From Chloroflexota bacterium (GTDB lineage Bacteria > Chloroflexota > UBA11872 > VXOZ01), in NCBI GenBank assembly GCA_963663275.1, contig OY760183.1, positions 96,001 to 160,000 of the forward strand: a stretch of 64,000 bases of DNA, given 5' to 3'. The position numbers and the translations under genes were made by a program. This document shows positions 8,839 to 17,522 of this stretch, piece after piece. Below the pieces are notes generated by a model, which did no database searches, was not told where the DNA came from, and saw only the letters and a list, made by a program, of their open reading frames with translations. Numbering within the stretch: the stretch's first letter is position 1; every line of letters begins with the position of its first letter.

Positions 8839-10293
8839 TTAACTGGCGTACCGCCCGCAGTGTTCCTGGTAGGCGTCGCTGCTGCGCACCCAGGCGCCGG
8901 TGCGTTTTTTCAGCCAGAGGTTCAGGTTGTTGTTCTCCCACACTTCGCGTTCCGTGGGGTTGGGTTTGCCGTAGCCGCCGAATTTCTCGTACCACCACTT
9001 GGCTTGCGCCATGAACGCCAGTGTTTCTTCCTTGAAGCACTCCTCCATGGTGTAGTCCGTGTAGTCGCGCGACGGCCGGGCGTGGAAAAGCTCATGCACC
9101 AGCGCCGACACGCGCACGTAGAGGCTCTCGGCGCGCAGCCGATCGTCCAGCAGGACGCGATTGTTCCCCACCTGGAAGAGACCGTCCGAGTGGGGGAAGC
9201 CGTAATCCGCCAAGTCGTCGAAAGCGACGTAGGTGACCTCGGACCCAACGTAGGCTTGATACAGCGCCTCGCCAAACTCCGTGGTGCGCATCATGGCGAA
9301 TATGTTATCCAGCAGAGGGTCCACGTAGCGCACGGGCGTCGGTTCGGCCGGCGGCGGGGGCAACGCGCCGAACTGGGCGCACCACTCGCGGTAGGTGGGG
9401 GAGGACGTGACCCACGCCTCCAGGGTCTGGGCGTGGTAGCGCTCGCCGTGGTCGTTCAGCCACCGCTCCAAGGCGGTGTCGGCGGTTGGCAGGCCGCGCC
9501 GGCCGAACTTCTCGCTCCACCAGCGCGCCGTGGTCTGCTCGGCCCCGACCACCTCGGCCAGGCAGTCCGCGCCGGTGCGCCAGCGCTGGCTCTGAGGGCC
9601 GCGCTCCTGCGCGTTGTAGGCCACCACCGTCTGCCAGGCGATCAGCGCCGCCAGCACCTCGGCGCTTTCATTGCGCAGCGCGCGGTCGATGACGATCTCG
9701 TGGCGCGGCGGCTCGTAATACCGTGACGTCCAGCCCGCGGGCGCCACGCCAAAGCTGACGCGGGGCGCGGTTTGCCTGAACCAGGCATAGAGAACCTTGC
9801 CCACCGCCGTGGTCCGCAGCGCCTCCAGCGCGGGAAGCAGATCGGGGTCTACCGCCTGTTGCCACGGCTCCAGGGTTGGCGTGGGGATGGGAGCGGGCGG
9901 CGGCGACGGCGTGGCAGCCGGCGCGGGCGGCGGCGTGGGCGTGGCGACTACGCCGCCCGGCGCGTAGTCGAACTCCCAGGGAAAACGCTGGGTGTTCAGG
10001 CGCGTCTGCAGTCCGTTCGGGCCGTTGATCCATGTGCGGTAGCCGTCGGTGAACGCCGTCCAGTTATCGGCCTTGCGCCAGACCAGCAGTCCGCCGGTGG
10101 TCTGCTGCACGCCGTCGCCGCTGGCGTTGTGGCGCTCGTTCTCCAGGCATTCGCCGACTATTTCGTGCCCAACGAGGTCGCGCAGCGCCTTGAAGCCCAG
10201 CACGAATTGGCACTCCGGCGCGGCGTGGGCGGTCGCGGCGGTCAGGACAGCCACGCAGAGGCTGAACAAGACGCAGGCAAGCAGTCTCTTCAT
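8839..10293 (-). CDS. Secreted protein: shared N-terminal domain, Pro/Thr linker, duplicated zincin-like domain (HExxH in second copy)
   Basis: Signal peptide ..TAHA; CQFVLGFK...RLNTQRFPWE; ATPTPPPAP linker; LVHELFH ... EETLA. Confidence 0.85.
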   Translation of the reverse strand: MKRLLACVLFSLCVAVLTAATAHAAPECQFVLGFKALRDLVGHEIVGECLENERHNASGDGVQQTTGGLLVWRKADNWTAFTDGYRTWINGPNGLQTRLNTQRFPWEFDYAPGGVVATPTPPPAPAATPSPPPAPIPTPTLEPWQQAVDPDLLPALEALRTTAVGKVLYAWFRQTAPRVSFGVAPAGWTSRYYEPPRHEIVIDRALRNESAEVLAALIAWQTVVAYNAQERGPQSQRWRTGADCLAEVVGAEQTTARWWSEKFGRRGLPTADTALERWLNDHGERYHAQTLEAWVTSSPTYREWCAQFGALPPPPAEPTPVRYVDPLLDNIFAMMRTTEFGEALYQAYVGSEVTYVAFDDLADYGFPHSDGLFQVGNNRVLLDDRLRAESLYVRVSALVHELFHARPSRDYTDYTMEECFKEETLAFMAQAKWWYEKFGGYGKPNPTEREVWENNNLNLWLKKRTGAWVRSSDAYQEHCGRYAS

Positions 10294-10376
10294 CCGGCAA
10301 CTATGCTTTCACCGCAGTGCCGGATTGGACGGAGGGCGGACGGAAGAGATGGCGCGAATCACTGTGGCTGCGGCGC

Positions 10377-10763
10377 CTATTGCGATGTTGCAGCGTATTG
10401 CTCCAGCTTGCCAACGAGCAGATGCACGCGCTCGATGCCCCTCTGAACGAAGTCATCCGTCTGCCAGTCCTCGTAGAAGTTTTGATGCAGGGAATTCGCC
10501 ATGAGGAAGAGATCCCGCAATTCAGGGTCGTCCACGTCGTCGGCAATGCGGCTGACAATGCCATAGAGCCGGGCGTGCGAATTGTGCTGCCAGCCATTGC
10601 GCTCGGCAGCCGCTTTGACTGCCTGGGCGGCGGCGCCCCACGCCTTTTCACAGGCCTGCAGCCTGTCGCCCTGGTCAAACTCTTCCTGAGCCTGCCGGAT
10701 GAACCGGCGGCTGAGAGCCGAGTGTTTGGCCGCTCTTCCGTTGTTCGCATTGCCTGTAATCAT
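10377..10763 (-). CDS. PaREP1-family (HEPN-like) protein
   Basis: GDRLQACEKAWGAAAQAVKA...W.H.SH...ANSLHQNFYE; RBS AAGGAG; paralog at 58811..59191. Confidence 0.8.
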   Translation of the reverse strand: MITGNANNGRAAKHSALSRRFIRQAQEEFDQGDRLQACEKAWGAAAQAVKAAAERNGWQHNSHARLYGIVSRIADDVDDPELRDLFLMANSLHQNFYEDWQTDDFVQRGIERVHLLVGKLEQYAATSQ

Positions 10764-10842
10764 CGCCGGTTGCTCCTTGCCGCCGCGCCCATAGCAAAGC
10801 GCGAGGCGCGTGTTGGCGCGTGTGTTGCGACTTCCTTTAGCG

Positions 10843-10882
10843 ACAGGTGTAGGGGCACGACGTGTCGTGCCCCTACACCTGT
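10843..10882. repeat. Extended GTAG-REP palindrome
   Basis: ACAGGTGTAGGGGCACGAC-GT-GTCGTGCCCCTACACCTGT; related copies at 15902-15935, 45162-45203, 51013-51050. Confidence 0.85.
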
Positions 10883-11178
10883 AGGAATCGAACGCTTGCC
10901 TTTGTCTTAGAATCGTAGGTTCAAGTCATCGAACCATGGATTCAAGTAGCCGAACCGTCATGTCAGTTAATCATGATACCAGAACGAGAAGCTGGGCCAA
11001 CGTGCGCTTGTCCGCGTCAAGGCGCATACAACGCAGGACCGCCGGCAGCCGCCTGCGCAAGGTTTACGACGCTGCCGATTCGTACGACCCAAACGCTGTA
11101 AGGGTACCCCTCGTGGGTACCCTCTTCCTTCCCCAACACCCTCGTCGGGCGCCCACCAGGGGCGCCCCTACCGGATAG

Positions 11179-12231
11179 TCAGCCAATCTTGACTATCCGG
11201 CCGCTTGCCGCTGATTCGTAGGCCGCAAAGACCGTGTGCATCACCTTCTCCGCCGCGTCCGCGCCGAGAAACGGCTTGCCGCCGGTCCGGACGGCCCAGA
11301 CGAAATTCTCGATTACGGCGTCGAAGTGCGCCTGCGTGCCGTGAGCGAAGCGGTAGCGGCGCTCCACGTAGCCCGGGGTTGCGCCCACCAGCACCGCGTC
11401 GGGTTCCAACTCATCGGCCACCAGCGTGCCCCGCGTGCCCGTCACCTCCAGCCAGAGGTCGCTATTGTGCAGGTTTCCCGGCACGTGGGCGCGCCCCACG
11501 CAGACCGAGCCCAGGATGCCGTTCTCCATCTCCAGATTGAGCAGCGCCATGTCCTCGATGTCGAACTCGCGGTGGGGCCGGTTGTAGTACTTGCCTGTAA
11601 CGCAGTGCACGGACGTGGGGGCCAAGCCGGTGACGTTCAGGATGGCGGTAAGGGGATAGAGGCCGAAGTTCAGCAGTTCGCCGCCGCCGTTCGCGACCGG
11701 ATCGAAGAAGACGCGCTCCTCCTCGTCCCACTTTTCGCCGTTTCCGTAGGTAGCCAGGAAGTGGGCGTTCACGTTCACCACCTCGCCCACGTCGCCGGCC
11801 GCCACCGCGTCCCGCGCCCGCTGCAGCGAGGGATGCCCGATGCGGGCAATCCAGCCGAACGTGCGGGTGGTCCGGCGCGCCGCCGCAATCAGCGCGTCGC
11901 ACTGCTCCAGCGTGATGCCGATGGGCTTATCCACCAGCACGTGCTTATCCGCCGCCAGCGCGCGCAGGGCCAGCGGCGTGTGGCGGGCGTACTCCGGCGC
12001 GACGCACACGGCCTCCACGTCGTCGCGGGCCAGAAAGGCGTCCAGATCCGTCGTATATTCCAGGTCGAAGTGAGCCGCCAACTGCCGGTTCAGCGCGTGG
12101 TACTCGTCCGGTATATCGGCGTCGTCGGCCAGACCCACCAGCGTCACGTCCGGGTGGCCCGCGAAGAACGGGGCGTAGTCGTCCTGGTGGCGAATGCCGC
12201 TCACCAGGCCGATGCGCAGTTTCTCAGCCAT
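11179..12231 (-). CDS. Gfo/Idh/MocA family oxidoreductase
   Basis: ADKHVLVDKP motif, GGGELLNFGLY; RBS GGGAGG before MAEKL. Confidence 0.92.
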   Translation of the reverse strand: MAEKLRIGLVSGIRHQDDYAPFFAGHPDVTLVGLADDADIPDEYHALNRQLAAHFDLEYTTDLDAFLARDDVEAVCVAPEYARHTPLALRALAADKHVLVDKPIGITLEQCDALIAAARRTTRTFGWIARIGHPSLQRARDAVAAGDVGEVVNVNAHFLATYGNGEKWDEEERVFFDPVANGGGELLNFGLYPLTAILNVTGLAPTSVHCVTGKYYNRPHREFDIEDMALLNLEMENGILGSVCVGRAHVPGNLHNSDLWLEVTGTRGTLVADELEPDAVLVGATPGYVERRYRFAHGTQAHFDAVIENFVWAVRTGGKPFLGADAAEKVMHTVFAAYESAASGRIVKIG

Positions 12232-13051
12232 TTTCGGCCACCTCCCGCCAGTCAACGCGCCGCCGTTCGCGCAGCGATACTCCTACCGCCTGGGCGATGC
12301 GCGCGGCGGTAACGGCTTGTTCCGCGCACAAGAGCGGCTCGTCCCGTCCGGTGCGCACGCTCAGCCAGTGATCGAAGAGACCGGCGGCCAGCGTGTGGTC
12401 GGCGTTCTCGTCGCGCTGGTGCGCCATGCCCTTTGTGCCGTAGAGCAGCCATTCGTCGTGCGCGGGGCCGTCCGGCGTCTGCACCCAGGTTGCCGCGGCC
12501 TCGGCCGCGGGAAAGTGCGCGTTGGCGTTGATGGTGGTTGTCCCCTTATGCTCTCCGCGATTGGCGAAAATCCAGTCCGGCGTGTCGTCGATCAGGGAAG
12601 CCGCGGTCGCAAGAGCGTCGGCCAGGGGCGCAAAGCGCGGGGCCGCCCGCGCGGGTTGCGTGAGCCGGCGCACCGCCGCGTAGCGCGCGGGACCGGTGCT
12701 TTCCGCGCTCAGCGCCAGCCGCATGGCGCGCACGGCCGGCAGCGCGTGGCTGGGGCCGCCAAGCAACGGCCCGCGTCCGGCGCTCTGCAATTGTTGCGCT
12801 TCTGCTCGCGTCAGCGGCCCCGGTAGACACAGGGGAAAACCCGCGTCCAAGATCCGCCGCGCCAAGCTGAGGCGCTCCGGCAGGTTCCAGTGCAGTATCA
12901 CGCTGTCCAGCTCCCCATCCGCCAGGGCTTCCTCCAGGCCGTCCGCCGCGAGCGTGCGCGGCGCGCGCCGGTAACGGTCGCGCCACCGCGACGCAGGGCG
13001 GAGTTCCGCGGGAAAAGGCCCTACCAACGCGACCCAAGCTGTATCGTCCAC
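12224..13051 (-). CDS. Degenerate Gfo/Idh/MocA-like protein
   Basis: LEEALADGELDSV...ILDAGFPLCLPGP (EKP motif lost), WLLYGTKG, C-terminal SLRERRRV; GTG start after GGGGAG; stop overlaps next start (ATGGCTGA). Confidence 0.6.
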   Translation of the reverse strand: MDDTAWVALVGPFPAELRPASRWRDRYRRAPRTLAADGLEEALADGELDSVILHWNLPERLSLARRILDAGFPLCLPGPLTRAEAQQLQSAGRGPLLGGPSHALPAVRAMRLALSAESTGPARYAAVRRLTQPARAAPRFAPLADALATAASLIDDTPDWIFANRGEHKGTTTINANAHFPAAEAAATWVQTPDGPAHDEWLLYGTKGMAHQRDENADHTLAAGLFDHWLSVRTGRDEPLLCAEQAVTAARIAQAVGVSLRERRRVDWREVAENG

Positions 13052-13242
13052 TTCGCTTCTCTCCCCGTCGTTGCGCTCATTGTCTTCTAAGACTACCACA
13101 AGTTGGCGACGTGAGCGGCAGGGAAGACCGCCCTGGCGCGCGCATTGTCGTGGGCGCGCGTGAAGTGGCATAATGTCACATGGCGGTTGTTTCTCATCCA
13201 ACCGGCGCGCGGGCGTTTTCGTCGCATACGTTGGGGCAGTGC

Positions 13243-14352
13243 ATGCAAAGACGGGTCCATTTCTCTCCGCGTCGTCTGCCGTGGCGACGGGCGCTCGTGG
13301 GCGCGGGTGTGGTTGTGCTCCTGCTGCTCGCGTTCGCCGGCGGCGCGGCCTGGTTCCTGAGTGAGGATGAAGAAGCCCCGGCGGAGCCCGCCGCCGCGTC
13401 GAGCCCCGCGGCCGCCGAGACTCCCGCAACCGGCGACTCCGTATCCGACAAGATCATCGAGAGCGCGCGGGCGGTTGGCGAAAAGCTCATCCCCGATTGG
13501 CCCGAATCCGAGCGTTTCAGCGTGCTCGTCATCGGCGTGGACACCCGCCAGTACGACGTTGGCAGCCGCGCCGACACCCTCATCGTGGTCACGATCGACC
13601 CGGAGCGGCAGGCCGCGCTGCTGGTCTCCATCCCCCGCGACATGATGGCGCTGATCGCCGGCTACGAAGACCGGCGCATCAACGAACTCTACGCCTACGG
13701 CGGCGCGGACCTGGTGGTGAAGTCCGCCGAATACCTGCTGGGAATGCCCATCCAGTACTACCTCACCATCGACTTCGAGGGCTTCCGGCGCATGGTCGAT
13801 ACCTTGGGCGGCGTGGAGATCGACGTGAAGTACGACATCAACGACTACAAGTTTCCCAACGCCGACGACACCGGGTTCGAGCCGTTCGTCATCAAGCGCG
13901 GGGTGCACCACATGGACGGCGATACCTTGCTGCGCTACGTGCGCACGCGCTTCGACGACCCGCGCGGCGACTTTGGCCGCATCGACCGGCAGCAGCAGGC
14001 GCTGGTCGCGCTCAAGACGCAGTTGCTGACCTATCAGACCATCGGCAAGATTCACCTGCTCCTCGGCGAGTTCCAGAGCATGGTGGATACCAACTTTCCC
14101 ATCTCTCCCCAGCGGGCGCTCGCGTTGGGCATGCTCGGCCTCGAGATTGAGCCGGACCGAATCTATAGCGAAGTGATCGACTACGAGGGCAACCTGGTTT
14201 GGGACGTTGAACTGGAGTCCGGCGCAAAGGTGCTCAGGCCGAACTTGCCCGCCGTGCGCAGCATGATGGAGCAGAGCCTCCTGGCAATCGGGCAACTGCA
14301 ACCGGTCGCCGGCCAGGAAGCCACCCTGCAACAAGCGGACGTCGAACCCTAG
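13243..14352 (+). CDS. LCP (LytR-CpsA-Psr) family protein
   Basis: N-terminal TM helix; SRADTLIV, SIPRD, RINELY, YVRTR, DFGRIDRQQ motifs. Confidence 0.92.
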   Translation: MQRRVHFSPRRLPWRRALVGAGVVVLLLLAFAGGAAWFLSEDEEAPAEPAAASSPAAAETPATGDSVSDKIIESARAVGEKLIPDWPESERFSVLVIGVDTRQYDVGSRADTLIVVTIDPERQAALLVSIPRDMMALIAGYEDRRINELYAYGGADLVVKSAEYLLGMPIQYYLTIDFEGFRRMVDTLGGVEIDVKYDINDYKFPNADDTGFEPFVIKRGVHHMDGDTLLRYVRTRFDDPRGDFGRIDRQQQALVALKTQLLTYQTIGKIHLLLGEFQSMVDTNFPISPQRALALGMLGLEIEPDRIYSEVIDYEGNLVWDVELESGAKVLRPNLPAVRSMMEQSLLAIGQLQPVAGQEATLQQADVEP

Positions 14353-14374
14353 CACCGTGCCAACTGGACTCTTA

Positions 14375-14547
14375 GAACCTGTTTACTATCTGCTTATGAG
14401 GGAGTTAGCAAAGCCGATAAAGACCGTTCGTGCTGAGCCTGTCGAAGCATGAACGGCTATATGCAACCTTGCGGTGGTTCCGTTCACCCTTCGACGCGGC
14501 TCAGGGCGAACGTTCCTGGTGCAGACAGGGAGATCGTAAACAGGCTC
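14375..14547. mobile_element. MITE-like element, shell S4 (TIR GARCCTGTTTACKATCT), TTA duplication, family-D cargo
   Basis: TTA|GAACCTGTTTACTATCT ... AGATCGTAAACAGGCTC|TTA; contains CCGTTCGTGCTGAGCCTGTCGAAGCATGAACGG and CCGTTCACCCTTCGACGCGGCTCAGGGCGAACG. Confidence 0.8.
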
Positions 14548-14586
14548 TTACGGATAGCCAACTTCTGAATCTGTCCCCAATCCCAG

Positions 14587-14795
14587 AGAAATCCTTTGCG
14601 AAACCTCGCCGCAAGGCGACCAATCCCCTCTCCTTGGGTAAGGCGACCAGTCCCCTCTCCCTGAGGGAGAGGGTTAGGGTGAGGGGAGATTGTGGGGCAA
14701 GCCGTGCCTAAACCTTGCGGAATGGGACCGAGCCGACGAGGATTCCCCCTCACCCCGGCCCTCTCCCCAGGGAGAGGGAGTTTCAATGCGCGCCG
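14587..14795. mobile_element. S1 element, inverted copy with one degenerate TIR
   Basis: Reverse complement of 569-770 over most of its length; begins GAAATCCTTTGCGAAACC. Confidence 0.7.
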
Positions 14796-14887
14796 CGGAC
14801 CGCCGCCGTCGGCAGGGAGTGCGCACGCCGCGCCGCAATAGAAGAATCGCTACCGTCTCTTAAGTCAAAGCGCAATAAGGGATAGCC

Positions 14888-15826
14888 ATGTCAGATACAC
14901 CGGCATTGCCGCCCATGATCTACGACAACGTCGTCCAACTGATTGGCCGCACGCCGCTCGTGCGCCTCAACCGCCTCCCGGGGCCAGACGCGGCCACGGT
15001 GCTCGCCAAGATCGAGGCGCTGAACCCGGGCGGCAGCGTGAAAGACCGCATCGGCCTGGCCATGATCGAAGCGGCGGAGCGCGCGGGCAAGCTCAAGCCC
15101 GGCGATACGGTGGTGGAACCGACCAGCGGCAATACGGGCATCGGCCTGGCCGTCGTCTGCGCGGTGCGCGGCTACCGGCTCCTGCTCATGATGCCGGAAG
15201 ACATGAGCGTGGAGCGGCGCAAACTGCTCGCCCTGCTCGGCGCCGAACTGGTGCTGACCCCCGCCCTGGAGGGCATGTCCGGCGCGGTCTACGCGGCGCA
15301 GGAACTGGTGAACGAACACGGCTACTTCATGCCGCAGCAGTTCATGAATCCGGCCAATCCCGCCGCTCACCGCGCCACCACGGCGCGGGAAATCCTGCAC
15401 GATACGGGCGGCAAGCTGGACGCCGTGGTGGGCATGGTGGGCACCGGCGGCACAATCAGCGGCATCGGCCAGGTGATGCGCGGGGAAGCGCCCCACGTGC
15501 GCGTGATCGCGGTGGAACCGGCAAAGTCCGCCGTGCTTACCGGCGGGCGGCCGGGCATTACGCGCATCCAAGGCACCGGCGCCGGCTTCGTGCCCGGCAT
15601 CCTGGACCGCAGCGTGCTGGCCGAGGTGCGCACGGTGGAAGACGAAGAGGCGCTCACCATGGCGGAACGGCTGGCGCGGGAAGAGGGCATCCTGGCCGGC
15701 ATCTCCGGCGGCGGCGCGGTGGTTGCCGCCCTTGCGGTGGCGCAAGAACTCGGCCCGGACAAGACCGTGGTCACCATCATCCCGGACTCCGGCGAACGCT
15801 ACCTCTCCATGTGGGAAATCGAGTAA
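14888..15826 (+). CDS. cysK: cysteine synthase A
   Basis: NPGGSVKDR PLP lysine, EPTSGNTG, GTGGT, IQGTGAGFVP, PDSGERYLS. Confidence 0.95.
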   Translation: MSDTPALPPMIYDNVVQLIGRTPLVRLNRLPGPDAATVLAKIEALNPGGSVKDRIGLAMIEAAERAGKLKPGDTVVEPTSGNTGIGLAVVCAVRGYRLLLMMPEDMSVERRKLLALLGAELVLTPALEGMSGAVYAAQELVNEHGYFMPQQFMNPANPAAHRATTAREILHDTGGKLDAVVGMVGTGGTISGIGQVMRGEAPHVRVIAVEPAKSAVLTGGRPGITRIQGTGAGFVPGILDRSVLAEVRTVEDEEALTMAERLAREEGILAGISGGGAVVAALAVAQELGPDKTVVTIIPDSGERYLSMWEIE

Positions 15827-16014
15827 GCGCCCCACAACGCGCCGCGAACCCTATTTCCCCATCCGCGCGTCCACATTCTCTTCCATTGCCCGCGCAACAC
15901 GCCGGTAGGGGCACGACATGTCGTGCCCCTACCGGCGTGTTGCGGGGTGTACTGTCCCCCACCGGCGCGCCGTAGCGCGGGGGCTTGTCCCCCGCCTCTT
16001 CACCTGCCGCGCAC

Positions 16015-17049
16015 CTACGCCTGCGGGTGGATCAACATCTTGCCGAATTGCGCCCGCGCCGCCATGCGCCGGTGCGCCTCTTGCGCCTGCGCCAGCGAAT
16101 ATACCTCGTCCAGCACCGGCTCCAGGATGCCGCGCTCGGCCAGCGAGAGCACCTGCCGCAGGTCCAGGCGGTTGCCGCCCATGCTGCCCAGCAGGCTTTG
16201 CTGGCGCGTGTAGAGGAGCCCGATGTCCACCGCGCCGCCGCGTCCCGTGGTCGCGCCGCAGGTGACCAACCGGCCGTTGCGCGCCAGCGAGCGGACGCTC
16301 TGCTCCCAGGTGGCCTCGCCCACGTGCTCGAAGACCACGTCCACGCCGCGCCCGTTGGTGATGCGTTTTACCGCCGCCGCCGCGTCCGCCTCCGCGTAGT
16401 TGATCGTCTCTTCCGCGCCCAGCGCCCGCGCGCGCTCCAGTTTCTCATCGCTGCCGGCGGTGGCAATCACCCTTGCGCCCAGGAAACGCGCGATCTGCAC
16501 GGCGTAGACCCCCACGCCGCTGCCGGCCGCCTGCACCAGCACCCATTCGCCCGGCTCCACCCGCGTGCGCCGGTAGAGCATGTGCCAGGCGGTGATGGCG
16601 GCCAGGGTGAGAGCCGCCGCGGCGTCGTAGGAGAGGGCGTCCGGGATAGGCACGGCAATCGACGCCGGTACCGCGACGAACTCGGCGTAGCCGCCCTGGT
16701 TGGGGGCCGTGCCGATGATGTGGCCGTTGGCGCAGATGCTCTCCTCGCCCCGCAGGCAGAACTCGCACGCGCCGCAGAAGGCCCACGGCGAGACCGCGAC
16801 CCGCTGCCCCACGGCCACGTCCCGCGCCGCCGCGCCGGTCTGCACGACCTCGCCGGCAATCTCTGAGCCGGGGATGTGCGGCGGTTCGATGCCCGGCCGC
16901 GCGCCCGTGCGCAGCCAGATGTCAAGATGGTTGACGCCCGATGCGTGGATCTTGACCAATACCTCGTCCGCCTTGGGTTCCGGCGCCGGCACGGTATCGA
17001 GTTGCAGGGTCTCCGGACCTCCAAAGGCGTGAAAGCGAACTGCGCGCAT
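16015..17049 (-). CDS. Zinc-binding dehydrogenase (MDR superfamily, quinone-reductase/ADH-like)
   Basis: GVNHLD, CGACEFC...C structural Zn cluster, AAGSGVG. Confidence 0.92.
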   Translation of the reverse strand: MRAVRFHAFGGPETLQLDTVPAPEPKADEVLVKIHASGVNHLDIWLRTGARPGIEPPHIPGSEIAGEVVQTGAAARDVAVGQRVAVSPWAFCGACEFCLRGEESICANGHIIGTAPNQGGYAEFVAVPASIAVPIPDALSYDAAAALTLAAITAWHMLYRRTRVEPGEWVLVQAAGSGVGVYAVQIARFLGARVIATAGSDEKLERARALGAEETINYAEADAAAAVKRITNGRGVDVVFEHVGEATWEQSVRSLARNGRLVTCGATTGRGGAVDIGLLYTRQQSLLGSMGGNRLDLRQVLSLAERGILEPVLDEVYSLAQAQEAHRRMAARAQFGKMLIHPQA

Positions 17050-17320
17050 GGAATCTTCTCCTGAGCGGCGGTCTTGCGTGTGTTTTTCGTGCGATGGACG
17101 CGGTGGGGCGCCCTTTTCCGCTTCGCGCCTATGGTACCGCGTGCGCGGGCGGGGCGCATCCCGCCGGATTTAGGGGAACCGATTCCAATCACCGTAGACG
17201 CCCAGCGTCAGGGAGCGCGTTACAATGGACGATGCGGGGGACAAGCCCCCGCGCTACGGGGATGAAGGTGCAGGGGATGATCCCCCGGCGTCACGGTTTG
17301 AAAGTGCGGGGGACGTGTCC

Positions 17321-17495
17321 CCTTGGTGTTACATTGAACTGACGCGCACTGTACTACCCGTTCGTGCTGAGCCCGTCGAAGTATGAACGGGTAGTACAGT
17401 GCGCCGCAGCCAACCCGCCGTTCACCTTTCGACAGGCTCAAGGCGAACGGCGGAGCGCGCCATCATCCCTATCTGAAGAGCAATCCATTCCTCAA
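17321..17495. mobile_element. Degenerate S3-type element with family-D hairpin pair
   Basis: Colinear with 51165-51300 and 59472-59675 (GCACTGTACTACCCGTTCGTGCTGAG...CCGTTCACCTTTCGACAGGCTCAAGGCGAACGG); begins in a REP-like GGGGGACGTGTCC. Confidence 0.55.
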
Positions 17496-17522
17496 GAGCA
17501 ACCCAATTCTCAAGAGCAAGCC

